Shown here piece after piece: positions 25,310 to 42,200 of a stretch of 64,000 nt of DNA. Origin of the DNA: Ruditapes philippinarum (Eukaryota); the NCBI RefSeq assembly GCF_026571515.1, contig NW_026855828.1:248001-312000 (forward strand). The letters run 5' to 3'. Made by a program: the position numbers and the translations under genes. The notes under the pieces were generated by a model. It ran no database searches and was not told the origin of the DNA. It saw only the letters and a program-made list of their open reading frames with translations. Position 1 is the first letter of the stretch. The number at the start of each line of letters is the position of its first letter.

Positions 25310-27974
25310 AACTCTCTTAAGTGGCAATGGAAAGAGTTCAAGTAAGTAAAACTCACTAATAATTTGCTTTTGTTGAGCCTAGTTAATGTAAAAATGTTTT
25401 GCCCCTTATATAAGATGGAAAAATGTCCACCTTTTTGTGAAAGTAGAAAGTGGTTTAGCAAAGATATTGCCTTGTTTTCACTGTTTAATGACATCTATTC
25501 CACTTATTATCAAGAAAACAATTCAATATATTGCCTTGCTTCCACTGTGAAATTATGCAATTTGCTCTTTTGATGATATCCATTTGTAAATTAATCTTCC
25601 TGGACAGAATTTCATAATTTTGAGGTCTCCTTGGCTTGTACAACAGTGACTCCAATGGTTTCATTATCGGATTTTGGCAAGTTAAATTACAAAGTCTCAT
25701 CATATAAGTCTTTTAGCTAAAATGAGCTCCATATGTGAAACAAAGGAGGAAATATCTACAAAACAAAACAATACGAAAGTTTTTTGTACAACTTTTATTG
25801 ATTTTGGAAAAAAAACTTTTTTTTTTTAAGAAAAGGTTAAAAATTTGCATAAGTCTGGAATGTAAAATATCTATGATGAAAAATGAAAACAACACTCCAC
25901 TCTCAAACATGTGTAAGTTACAACATTTACAAGAGATGAAAATCTCAATAGCACTACAAATAAATAAAATATAAATAAAGAAACATCCAACACAATTTCT
26001 CATCTTTACTTTTACACATGAGTCTGACTATAAATGAAAGTTTCAATCTATGCTAATTTAGTAATAAGAATGACTTCGCTTTTAACAAGTATACATATGT
26101 ATGACTGTAGACAAAGGGCATATATTTATCAGCTTAAACTGCATAAAAAGTAAAAAAAAAATGTTTTACTATGTTAATAGAATGATATCATGTTAATATC
26201 TAGCTTTCAATATAATTAGGCCTGTTATCAAAACATTTACTCTTTCACTTATTCTTATAATAAAGGCATACATCTAGTATCATGCTAACCTTGTATATTT
26301 AATTCTGAAATGGTCAAATATTAACTGTATAGATTTTGAAATCAGATCATTAATATTAACCCTTAGCCTGTTGGTGGTGTCAGATCTGATCAGGGTCTGC
26401 CATTGGTCGCTTTTCAGTCAGCACATAATTAATTTTGAAAATTTCCCTAAAAATAATTAATGGTTTAGTCAAAGATTGACAGATGGACAAGTCCATTTAA
26501 AATATTTAGTACTGTTGACAGAAAAGAGCTTGAACCTGGTAAGGATGTATAGTTGTGTAGACTGGACTTACTTTAAACTTGTTAATTGACTTTAATTAAT
26601 GTACTCAAAGTACTAATTAGGTTGAAAAATGCTAACTCTATAAAATTTATCTGCTAAAATTATATTTGTAATAAAATCTGTACACTTGTGTTATGTGCTT
26701 CAAAGTAGTACATAAACAGTTAGTTTATTAATTTGTTTTTCTTCAATTTGTTCAAAATTGAGTGGCAGTGTGTCATGAGGGAACTATGAACTTAATAATA
26801 TGAAGGTACAAAAAATGATAAAAAATATGAAGGTTTATATAATATTTGGCTTGATTTGAACACAATTTCATTAGAAATGCAAAATATTACAGAAAAATCA
26901 ATCTATACATTGAATGGTAAACTAATGTGAAATCATGAACTTCACAGGCATTTCATTTGTTCAAACATTTTATAACATGTATCTTTCTGTCTATAACTTT
27001 AATCACAAGAATGTTTTTAAAAGATATTTAAACCCAAATAAATTTCTTTCAATGCTAGTACTGTCAAAAATAACAGAAATATATCAGGGAGTCATTTTTA
27101 TATGTATAAGTAAGACTGTAAGTGTATACGACTTAATAATCATGATATAAATTAAAATCTTACTGAATAAATAATAAATCTTTAATAAATATGTTTATAC
27201 AGATTAATTTTATATCTACAATTATATGATATCTACAATATAGCACAAGCATCGTGCTTGCAGGTTACTGTTGTAACAAATCACTAACATGAAACAAATG
27301 TTTTTTAACACATTTGAATAAAACTTTGAATAAAATTTACATACAATGGTTTAAATTAATAAATATACAAAACACAAATAAATACATGTAGAACAAATCA
27401 AAAACAATAGAATGAGCATGATAGATTAGCAGGAAAAAGAAAGAGTTATTTCTGCCTTAAGAGTGAAAAACATTCACAATAAATACAGTTTACATGTGAC
27501 ATTAAAAATTTTTAAAACAATTCATTAAACTGTATAAAGCTATATATCTGCTGTTTTTAGTTTACAAAACTTTTGTTTAACTTTTGACAAAGAGTTATTC
27601 CAAAAAACCTGTATGAAAGTAATATGTTTCTTTTATTTTTTTGCTTAAAAGCAAATAGATAAATGGTACTTGAAAAATAAATCTTTACACCTGTCCTGAC
27701 AATTTACTTTCGTATTTTCACCTTGGAAAGAAAACTATTGTGAAGTGGTATTTAATATGTATAGATTTTGATATATCAAGTGTTATAAAAGTGCTAGATC
27801 TAGAGTGATTTAATATGTACAGTTAGAGGGTCACACACACACTATAATTAACTATCATGGCAGTACACACTGGTTGTTATTTTAAGACTTTTATGTGTTA
27901 TGTTGTTCAGTCACATACTAGCATTATAGTTTAGTTTAAACTTACATATATATAAGCTTGTCTGTGATGAAATA

Positions 27975-28125
27975 TCATAACTTATTTTAACCACTCCCTG
28001 AATCCCCTTCCTGGAACTAACCAGTACTGGTGTCAAAACTGGAACCATGGTTGTGCCCTCAGGAGGGCTTGAAGCTATCATCTCTTGGTTTAGAGGCAGA
28101 CACCTTAACCACTAGACTGATGCAA
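27975..28125 (-). mobile_element. tRNA-derived SINE, degenerate
   Basis: The reverse strand reads GTCTAGTGGTTAAGGTGTCTGCCTCTAA, with a downstream CCAGTACTGGT...CCAGGAA core. Confidence 0.5.
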
Positions 28126-30865
28126 CCTTTTCTGGCACTGATTACATATATATCCTGCTACATTACAAAAAATGTACAAGTTTTATACTAGTTCATTTTA
28201 ATTTCACAGACATAAAATGGTCACTGTTTGAAAATCTCTACTTTTGATGTTTGTCCAAATAATGATCCAAAAATCATATAATATTGTAAATGACTTGCAT
28301 AAATTTAATCAATTATCAATTTAGTGGTGTCCACAATCATCATCATCAATATCTTATTATGTGGAACATATAATACATCAGTAATGAAAACTGAACAACA
28401 ATACAGCATATAATCATCTTTTACTTTTAAAAAAAATTGTTCTCTTTTTGGCAGTGAACAAATATGTTAAAAATGAATGAAAATTGGAGTGAGAGTTAAA
28501 TGTAAAATATAAAAAAACACCTTTTATTTTATTCAACTTTTCTCTTTTTGTTCCAGTAAAAAAAAAGTAAAAAAAATAATTCTTTTATGTAAATCTAAAA
28601 CATTTTTCAGCAGATCTTACTTTTTACACACTTTTAAACACTTATTTTCAACAGATTAAATTATACACAGCCTAAGTAGACTCACGGCCCTTAATTGACA
28701 ATTAAGGTCTGTGGTATATTTAATTAAAGTGCTTGTCTAGAAGTGCACTTGCATTGCTATTTAAAGGTCTTTTTCTCTTCTTTCCTTATAACAAAACAGA
28801 TTAATAAATATCAAAATACATATATACAACAACAGAAACAACAAAGGTAAAATGATACATAAATGTTTGGGTATCAAGGCAACAAAATTCTGAAATTCAG
28901 CAACTTGTGATCCCGAAAGCTTATCTTGGAAAACACACCTTAACAAACTGTAGATAATGTCATATACCATGATACTGCATGCTTTACATTATTTATCAAT
29001 AGGGAAACAAGATCATTGAATTAAAGTATTATGTTTACTTTGTATAGAATATACCTTAAACCCTTTTGTAATAGTTTCTTACACTTTTAAATTGACCAAT
29101 GAAAAACTAGACATCAACCATTTAACTCTACTTGATTTATTCAATTTTAATGTTTTTTTACTTCTGATTGGCTTATTAACATTTGGAAATAACTAGTTTA
29201 AAAATATGGCAAATCTAACAGTGGTACAGAGACAGTCATTTGATAAGCATTCAAAATATTGTCCTTTTGATCAACTTAAATAAGACAGTGTCCCTTTGCA
29301 TAGAATGAAACAATGCCCCTTTGCCTAGCATCAAATAGTCCCTTTGCATAGATGGTGACAATATTTCATTGCCTAGCATTAAGGGTAACATTAAAATGGT
29401 AACAAAATGTTTACTATACAATAGTTATTCTTAAATGGACGGACATAATATCAAATACAACAGAATTTTTCAAAGCAATAAATGATTGACATGAAACATT
29501 TTACCAAAATCAACACTGACTTTAAAACCAGAAACATTAGAAGTAAATAATTTATCTACAATTCTACTATTGACCTAACCTGTAACATATTATTTGAGCA
29601 CATTTGATTATTACATTAATGAACATGTTTATTTACAGTTTAGTGTTCTAATCACTGTGTGATTTTGATGGGATTTTTACATTTATTTGAGACTGTAACT
29701 ATTTTAAGCACCATGCCTCCAGATTCAAGTTTTTTTTTACATTAAAATTTCAAAATTGTTTTTAAAAGGAGGAATATTTACGAGTGAACACCAATAAAAT
29801 TATTAATGCTAGCATAAGGCACTTGCAGTCCATATAAACTTAAGAAAAAATGACATGAAATACAAAAAGTAACCCTAACTCTGTAAATACATGTACTGGG
29901 GTAGAAAGATGGTGCTAATAATAAGAATTTTTTCATTCTAATTAAAAATTGTAATATTTCAATATCTGTATTTCATAACTGGTTAACAAATTTACATTTT
30001 TGTTGATTTTAACTTTTTACACTCATCTGGTGGCATGTCATATCAACACATAACTTAAGAAATTTTAGAACAGCAGTGGGAGTCCTATAAAAATGTGACA
30101 ACAGCAATTTGAACAAATAATTTGCACCTTTTGAAATAATGACATCATGATTGTTGTGTTGGAAGTACACCACTAAATTGTACTTACCAGGTAATGAATT
30201 CACATGTATGAACAAATCTCATTTTGATATTAATTATTAAAGCATTTGAACACATTTAGAAATTGTAGCAAAACGTAAATATCATAAAATGTATTAGAAT
30301 CACTATGGCAACCATTGCATAGAATAAAATGCATATTCTGAACACAGTAAAAATAATTTAAAAAAAAATGCTTCATGAAAATATTGAAAGTTGATATTCT
30401 AGAATTCAAAAAGCAATGAAAAAAAATGAAGTGAACAAAGATAAATGATTTTGCTGGAGTTGAAATGATAAAAATGTGTATATCTCTTACAAAACAGAAA
30501 TCTTTCCTTATTTCTTTAATTAAAAAAAACATCAAAAACAGAAAATCTCTGATTAAAAATGCTAGTGACTCAGACTCTTTGGCTTATTCATAATTTATTT
30601 AAAATAAAAAACAAGTTTTTTAACATGATATTAAAGTATTGATATTTTTTATTAAATGTATGTAATTGATTGTACAATGCACATGTAATGTACATGTATT
30701 TGTGTGTCCATTAGTTTCTATTAGTCAAATATTTAACTTTTTAAATTCCATACAGAATGCTCAATTTCAAATTCTTTCTCAAGGTCAAAATATTGAAACC
30801 TACTTATAACATGCAGAGCATAATTTTAGAAGTTACCATCATTCACCAGGGTGTATAGATGTAGA

Positions 30866-32234
30866 GATTCAGAGTCAACTCGTCCCCTAGTCAACTCGTC
30901 CTCTGGTCAACTCGTCACCTTTTTGGTCAACTCGTCCCTTGGACAACTCGTCCCCTGGTCAACTCGTCCCCAACTCGTCCCCTATATTTTATTATTATTT
31001 GTTTTTCATATATTTCATAAATTATTATAGACTGTTAAAATTATATATTATAAAATTTCTGAATTAGAAATATTTTGACGCTTTTTGTATGCGAATATTT
31101 TTTGTTTTTTTTTGTTGTTATTTAAATATATTTTTGACACGTGCCTTTGGTTATTAAAGTAAACACAGTAATTTGTAATTTGATAATAGGATTAAAGACA
31201 TATTTGCCTCTGTGGTTGGATAAGTATTTATATATTTAAAGAACGCGTGTCTTTAATTTGAAATTATACAAATCGCGGGAAAATCGTGCCAAAGGTTGTT
31301 AAAAAAATTTATTTTCAAAATGCCCTATTTGTTTTTGATGGTGTATGGTCAAATATATGAAAATGTTGAATTAAATACAATGAAAACATTCAGTATGTTG
31401 ACTTGTATTATACAAGAAATTCTGGAACTCGGTCTTATACAGCTCCCCTTTAAGATCAATATTTAACGATTTATGTATGGAAATTTAATATGAATCTTTT
31501 ATAATAATTACTAATTATTTTGGCAATTGAATATTTGGTAATTACTTTATGTTTTCAATCAGTTAATATCCACAGCAAATATTATTGTACGGATTTTTTA
31601 TTTAAAAAAAATAATGAAAAGAAAAAATAAATGTGATTTTTGGAATAAATCTTATATTTATCAGGGCAACTTTTATATTGACAATTTCACAACAAACAAT
31701 TATCATGTTTTTAAATTGACACGATCCTTCAATAATGAGATCAATACGCACCGACATAAAGTTTTTAGCACTTCTAATTTCTGTTAATCTGTCGTCAGTC
31801 TTTAATCCATTCAGGGAGGTGGTAAAAATCAAAGAGTTGGACCTAATTTTAGTTTTAATTATCATTAAAACTTCGATTAATTAAACTTTAATTGAATGTT
31901 TGCAAACTTACCTGTCTTTGTAGTTTGACATCAAAGCTATGCACGTGCGCTTAGATAAAGATCATTAAAAGTTTAACGTAAAAAAAGACGTTAATATAAT
32001 AATATTTCGATATCAATCAAATTCATTATTAATTTTACATAAAAGAACTATTTAAAGACATTGATTTACAACATAATAGTGACGAACAGATCGAAAGTAG
32101 GGGACGAGTTGACCATATTAGGGACGAGTTGACTCTTTGAGGACGAGTTGACCAGAAGTAGGGGACGAGTTGACCAAAAAGGTGACGAGTTGACCAGAGG
32201 ACGAGTTGACCAGGGGACGAGTTGACCGGATTGC
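30866..32234. mobile_element. Foldback (MULE-like) non-autonomous transposon with modular TIRs
   Basis: About seven GTCAACTCGTCCC repeats on the left and about seven inverted copies on the right. Flanking direct repeat GATGTAGA at 30858-30865 and 32235-32242. Confidence 0.88.
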
Positions 32235-32358
32235 GATGTAGATCTATTATCCCAGGTTCAGTGCAACTCTGGCATACCAAATTTCATGGACTTGTATAAC
32301 CTGTCACAACAGTCTTGCAACAAACTCTTCCATATATTTGTGAAACAAATACACTAAT

Positions 32359-35755
<3,397 letters not shown>

Positions 35756-36294
35756 GTGATCTGCCTAGCACACTATCCTTTAATTGAATACACAACGGCG
35801 TGATAATATTTACATCGGCGATATATACACTTCAAGCCTATACATGTACACGTTACTATAAATAGTTAATGGAACTCCGTTGAAAATTATTGGTTTATAA
35901 ATAGACGTGTGACTGTACTACGCATATATTATTTTGCAGAAATGCAAATGTTTTATCTATCATTTGAATAACAAGTTTATTCGTTCAGTGAGATCATAAT
36001 TTTATTTTTGCATATTTTATTCATTAAAACATAATTTCTTTCGCTAAAGATAAAACAAAGTATACTAATTTTATGAAGGTCACGGGCATTTCCCGCCAGA
36101 TACCCGTATATGGGCATAGATTATAAGTTCGGAATACCTCGGCACATATGAATTTCAGCGACAAAATCCGTTGTAGTCCGAGTGTCAAGTCACGTGTTGA
36201 TTCCCCGGATCATACCATTGCTAAAGACTCCATATTGGTGAACTAAAATTGTAAGGCCGTAAATCCGTTGCCATCCTCAAAAAGAAGAGGAACA
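35756..36294. promoter_or_regulatory. Bidirectional promoter of ZNF367/SERBP1 with an E2F-like site and an E-box
   Basis: 539 bp between divergent ATGs. TTTCCCGCC at 36089-36097, GTCACGTG at 36189-36196, TTTGAA near 35963. Confidence 0.6.
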
Positions 36295-39200
36295 ATGGAT
36301 AGTTTATACGGCATAAACGTTAAAAACAAATTTGAACTTTTTATAGACGAGGATGTTGATCCTTTAGAAATACTTGCTCAGCAAGAATCTGCGAAAAAAG
36401 AGCAAGACAAGAAAAAGAAGGATGACAAGACTAAGAAAAACAAGAATGCCAAAAAGTCAGTGCTAAAGACAGAGAATAAGAACAAACCGGTGGAGGAGAT
36501 TAAACCTGTAAAGGAAGGTAAGGAATTTAGTTCACTTTGGTTGCATGTATAACTTAATGATAAAATAAAGAAACTTGCCAAAATTAAATGAGACAAAAGT
36601 TACATGCACGTGTTTTACATTTTACATCATTTGATGCATGTTTCACATGTTATATGAAAATTCGGGTTGTAAAATTGTAATACTGATCAAATGGCTTTTG
36701 TTTTTACGGGGCTTTTTATTCTACATTTCGAATGACGCTTGTAAAATGAATACAAATGTGTTCAACTTAAGATGTCTCCATGGTATCAAAATTCTTCATG
36801 AGATTCACATTTCAAAACAAACAGTGATAACATTTGAATATTTTAATGACAAATTGGTAGATTAACCTTTATAACGTGACGATGATCTTGCAGAGAAAGT
36901 TAATGCTCCTCGTCAACAATCGGAAAGGCCAAGAACTGGTCGACAGAACCGAGATAACAGAGAAGACAACAGACCTCCAAGAAGAAGGGATGAAAATTTC
37001 AACCCTGAAAATAGGTACGAATTCATGTATCAGATACTGCCATATATTGCATATATGCTGCATTATCTACTGCAGCTCACATCTCTGTATACTTGCTTGC
37101 AGTCCCCACATGAATGTAGAGGTGTCGTTGATAAGGATTTTTGTATCAATATATCGGTAATGAATTATCGACGACACGGCGACATATCGATTGCCAGGCT
37201 AAATTTTAGCTTTCAAGTCTTTTTAAATGTTTCCTAAGGACACTGACAAAGCAGTTATATTTAGACAAATGCAAAAAAGATAAACTATGAAAACTGAACA
37301 ATTTGTTTCTTTTTTATCATATAGCTATAAATGAAAACTAATGACTAGTAACTATAAAGTTTAAAGCCCTTTCCATTTTACTTTAATTGTTGTTGCTATT
37401 ACGTAGTTACTGATGATGCTAAATCCCGTCCTTGCCGTTCCAATTAAGCCGGGTTTAATTGGCAAATTATAGTGTTTAGAACCTGATTTATTATTAAAGT
37501 TTAACACTTTGTAATCATAATTTTTACAAAGAAACACTGACAAATTTTTCTTGGCATTTTCCCTTTTTAAAATCTGAATTGAGGGGTCTTACCATCCACC
37601 TAGCAGACGTGCGAGATTACAACGAAATTAGGCAACATTCGTTAGAGACACTGGGAGGTAACTGGCATTGATTTCCGTTTTCATTTTAGAAAAAAAATGT
37701 TCCTGGCTTCCATAACTTTATATGTCACTTTTATTTTGACGTTTCTGACAGTAAACATGTCTATCAGTTCTATAAAACCTGTTTGCTGAAGTCTCTTTAG
37801 CTAGAAATATATGTGCATTTGATATCCGATATTTAAAAAATAGAATCGATATCGAATCGGATAACAAAGATCGTTGATACACCGATATCGATTGAATCGA
37901 TGACACCCCTACATGAATGACAGTGTACAAGAAATACAAAAGAATTAGTTAATGTGTAAAAAAACAGAATCATGAGTTAGATGTTTAAAGAAAATTGGAG
38001 AACAGTGAAAGGTTAATTATCATGATGCAGCATATATTGTTTCTGTCGTATATAATTTTTTCACTTGTCATTCCATACCTCCCCTATATCATCCTGTTAT
38101 TTTTAACACAGTTGAGGTAAAAAATAAAGCCCCAATTTTTTTTACCACAGTTGTTGAATGACAATTGATATAGGCAAGTAGCAGCCCTTGACAAGAAATT
38201 GCGACATTTTATTACGAGTCTGTCTAGAGGTATCTTGCCATAGATCCAATTGTTTCGACAGGAATGTCCGGTCTTGTCAGTTGCTGTTTTTCTGTTTGCA
38301 TATGATGTAGTAGTGAATATATATTACTGTTGGCATGTCCTTTGTGTATACAGATAAAGACTTTAAGATGTCCCTTCATATATTATATATTTTGTTATTC
38401 TAAAAATCTTTACTTTTTGTAAGAATTTTAAATTTTTTAATCATTATCAAAGATGATTAATTTGAAGGCTCTTTTGTTAACAGAGACCGGTCAGATAGAC
38501 CAAGTGGCGGTTTCAGCACGGAGAGGTCTGAAGGTGGTGGATTTGGTGGACAAAGGGGTGAAGGAGGATTTAATCGTGGGCGTGGTAGAGGAGGAAGAAT
38601 GGGACGTGGGGCTGGTAGAGGTGACCGTGGTGGTCGAGGCGGATTTGGTGGAAAACGGGAATTTGAGCGACATAGTGGCAGTGACAGAACGTAGGTGTCT
38701 TGTTTTGAAGAAGCAGTATTAAAAAGATCTCTGCATTCAGCCTAGTTTATGTTGGTGGTTTTACCAGTTTGTCTACATGATTGTGGCTTCAATTGTATAG
38801 TAGGCAATCAGACTTCTATAAATAAGTCTTGGTTCATTTCAGTAATGTTCATCAGAATGTATCATTTTGCGCTTGAAATTGGAAAAAAATGTTTTCATGC
38901 CATTATATTTTTAAGATTATTTATAATATTTGTAGGATGCTGTAATTAACTTAATAAGCTGATGAAATCTTTGTCCAAGTGCCAAGACCTATTTGAAATA
39001 TTGTATACATGTATAACTGAGAAACTCATTTAATGTGAAGGGATCGAAAATGCCAGTCATCCGCACGTATTTACCAGTAGACATCAATGCAGAACCAGTA
39101 TAAAATTGTATGCTCGTCCAGTAGGACGAGCAATAATTTGCCGATGTAATAGAAAGCTAGAATTCTCAAAATCAGTTTGTTTACATTTAACGATGGAAAA

Positions 39201-42200
39201 CCCGAAACAAAGCTTGTGTTTTAGGTTATTTATAATTTGCACACTTTATAAAGCTCTAAAAGCATTGTTAATTGGATACAGGTGTGACTGGAATGTGCCT
39301 GACAATGCTCTATAAACTGCGCGATTTATATATAACCTAAAACACAAGCTTTGTTTCCGGTTTTGGTTTTATTTATGTAAACAAACTGATTATGAGAAGT
39401 TTAAGTGGTGTCTTGCATCGGGGAGGTTCTATTGCATGGGCAAAGTTTATCTCAAAAATGACGGATGAATAGCAAAGCATGCCGGACAAGTAGAAATTTG
39501 AAGCCTCATCCTGTGGGACGAGTGGCTCTGAAAAGAATTTTCAATCCCTGATGTCCTTCCACCAGGAAAGCTTGTGGGTTTTTTTCAGCTGGCTTTAAAA
39601 GTGCTAGTATTACTCTGAACCTAAAGAAACAGATTAAATTATAAGGCTATTAAAATTTTGTTGGTTTCTATTATGTTTGCTACAGCAGTGGTGTAAAGGC
39701 TACAGAAAAAAGGGAAGGCTCTGGCTCACACAACTGGGGTACTGTAAAGGATGATATTGAGTAAGTTTATAGTAAAAAGTTTTCTCTACCTTATAGGTAA
39801 TGGCTTTACCAGTTATGAAACCTCTTGCCTTGGCTATCTTATCAAATTTTTATACATTACTAACATGCTGTTGACATCTCTTATAAGGTTTATATTTTAC
39901 TGTAAGGTTGAAAGCCTTTCAAGCTTTGGTGCAAGGCCCGTTATGAAATTGTTTTTGCAGAGTTGTATAGAATTAAACATTCAGAGGAGAAAGTTTTGTA
40001 TCTGTTTACTATTTTACAATTTTATTACTTTTTTCTGTGACTACAAAAGACTATAATCGTTGTTTCAGTAATGATTAAGTCAGTGTTAAAAATTTTAAGA
40101 GTTTCAGAAGATGAATGATAATAATAATTACAAGTGATATTTTAATAGATCGGTATGTAACAGAACTTTTGATAGAAAAAGTTTTGATTTGTTTGCTTCC
40201 GTACATGTTTATCAACATTGTTTGCAACTGGAATGCTTTCCATGATGTTTAAACATCACTGAAAACTTTTCAGTTACAAATAATATGTAGGGCTGGGAAC
40301 GAATAAGGAATTCGATGTTCGAATATTCGTTTTCCATATTCGAATATATTCGAATATTCGTTTTTACAACATTTGTTCCAATATTTCTCTTTGACGTATA
40401 CGTATCCGAAATTGATTGCATCGAATACTATACTACTTTAAAATGCTTGGAATAATCGTCGATTAAAAAGACCTTTATTGCTATGTCGAAGTTTTTTTAA
40501 TTCATATATTGTAAATCGAGATATATGTTTACTTTTGAAATAAATTCATAATTTGATAGCCTTTTGTTCAGTAAACCCGACCGCTGTCTTATTAACGGGA
40601 GGTAACTCACGTGACTTGACTGACAGTAATATGAATCATCGTAGCCATTTATCCCCAAAGACACATAATGATATTGAAACTTAACTTGTATTAAATATTT
40701 TTATTTATAATTTTAGATAAAGTTTAAAATATTCTTAAGATAAGTTTAGCTATAACGAGGTAAATATCACACGGAGTTTAATGTCTACGGAATAAATATA
40801 TTCTGACAGAATTTAGACACTTCATATGCTTTCATAACGCGCCGAATAATGCGTGCCAATTTATTCTTATTCACAAAATTTAAGACAATTATTGATTAAT
40901 CGGAAAGATTTTAACACAGAAAACAATAAATTAGATAATTAAAATCGGAAAAATTTACATTATAAACTGTTCAACAGGTAAATTGCAAACTGTGAAACGG
41001 GTGCCCTTTTGATCAACTATACCCCAAAGTTTTCACAGTTAATTGGCGATAATTGTTGACACGCGTCATACAAACATTTGAACACCTCGTGAAGGAAAGG
41101 GCAAAGGTTTAATTTACGATCTGAATTGAAATTTGAAAGTAATGACAAAAAATGAAACATTTCTCCTTTTTTTTCGAATATTCGTATTCGTTTTTCAATG
41201 TTCGAATATTCAGTAGTGTTTCGAATATTCGAATATAATTCCCGGCCCTAATAATATGTAATTGGTCTTGAGATTTGTTGAAGTGTTTCCTGGTTGAGTG
41301 TAGTGCTGTCTTTTTTACAGCCTGCCTCCAAAGGTGGACTACTGGAGGGATCCCAAGTAGGTGATCTCATTCATAGGAGCCTGATTTTCTTTTAGAAAAC
41401 AAGGGCCTGTCCACTGAAATTTTTCTCTTTTAAGATATTCCTTGCTTTATGTATTTTGTTGTGAAATTTAATTAATTTATTTTGCACAGTGCTATAGCTT
41501 GGTTTTCCGTATATTGTCTGTTGGCTTTTTGAAATGGTTTTAGAATGTTCTTTTTGTTTCTATGGGTAAATTAATGATTAATGAAATTAATGAGGGAATA
41601 ATAGTAAGAAACCTCATTGTCAATAAGCCATGAAATCAACAGACCATTGAGTTCATTGGAGAAGATTTTTAAATGTACATGTTTTCTGACCTAGCTTAAG
41701 CGCTGTGTTTTTGAGGAATTCAAAGACAAACAAAATACATTGCATTATAGTATGCAGATATTAGGAAAAAGCTTTTTCTGTTTAAATAGAAAGCACATTT
41801 TACTTGTTTAAAGCTGTCAAGATTATTGAAAGTACTACTATTCTTAGAAGCTGCTGCGTTTTCTAAAAGGTCTAGCTCCTCTGAAAAGTCATGCTAAACA
41901 TTGTACATAGTAGCTGTATTTAAGTCATGCATCATCTTGTCTGTCTTTCCATCTATTTTGGATATGTTTAATATACAGCAAGCATTTTATAAATCAAGAA
42001 ACAAACAAAATGAATACCTTAATGTACTAAAAGCAGATGATTTTTGTTCTGAAATTTTATTGTTACAACTGTTAATATTACTGATAAGCGCACAAGATAG
42101 GTTCTTTGATGGTTAGTCAATGTCCTTCCACACCTTTCCAAGATGGACTTGTCCTTACCTGTCTGTCAGTTTATTTCTAATGCCTGATTAAAAAGCTATC

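Noticed and set aside
30873-30985. CRISPR-like short repeats with variable spacers, mirrored at 32099-32229
   Set aside because: Spacers are only 0-10 bp, the two arrays are inverted copies bounded by a TSD, and the context is eukaryotic with no cas genes. These are modular TIRs of a foldback transposon.
38173-38356. Hairpins followed by ACA in SERBP1 intron 2
   Set aside because: No properly placed ANANNA H box and weak stems, which is insufficient for an ncRNA call.
38453-38722. ORF-track peptides at 38453 and 36876
   Set aside because: They are alternative frames over SERBP1 exons 3 and 2. The spliced frame gives the RGG and ERHSGSDR motifs.
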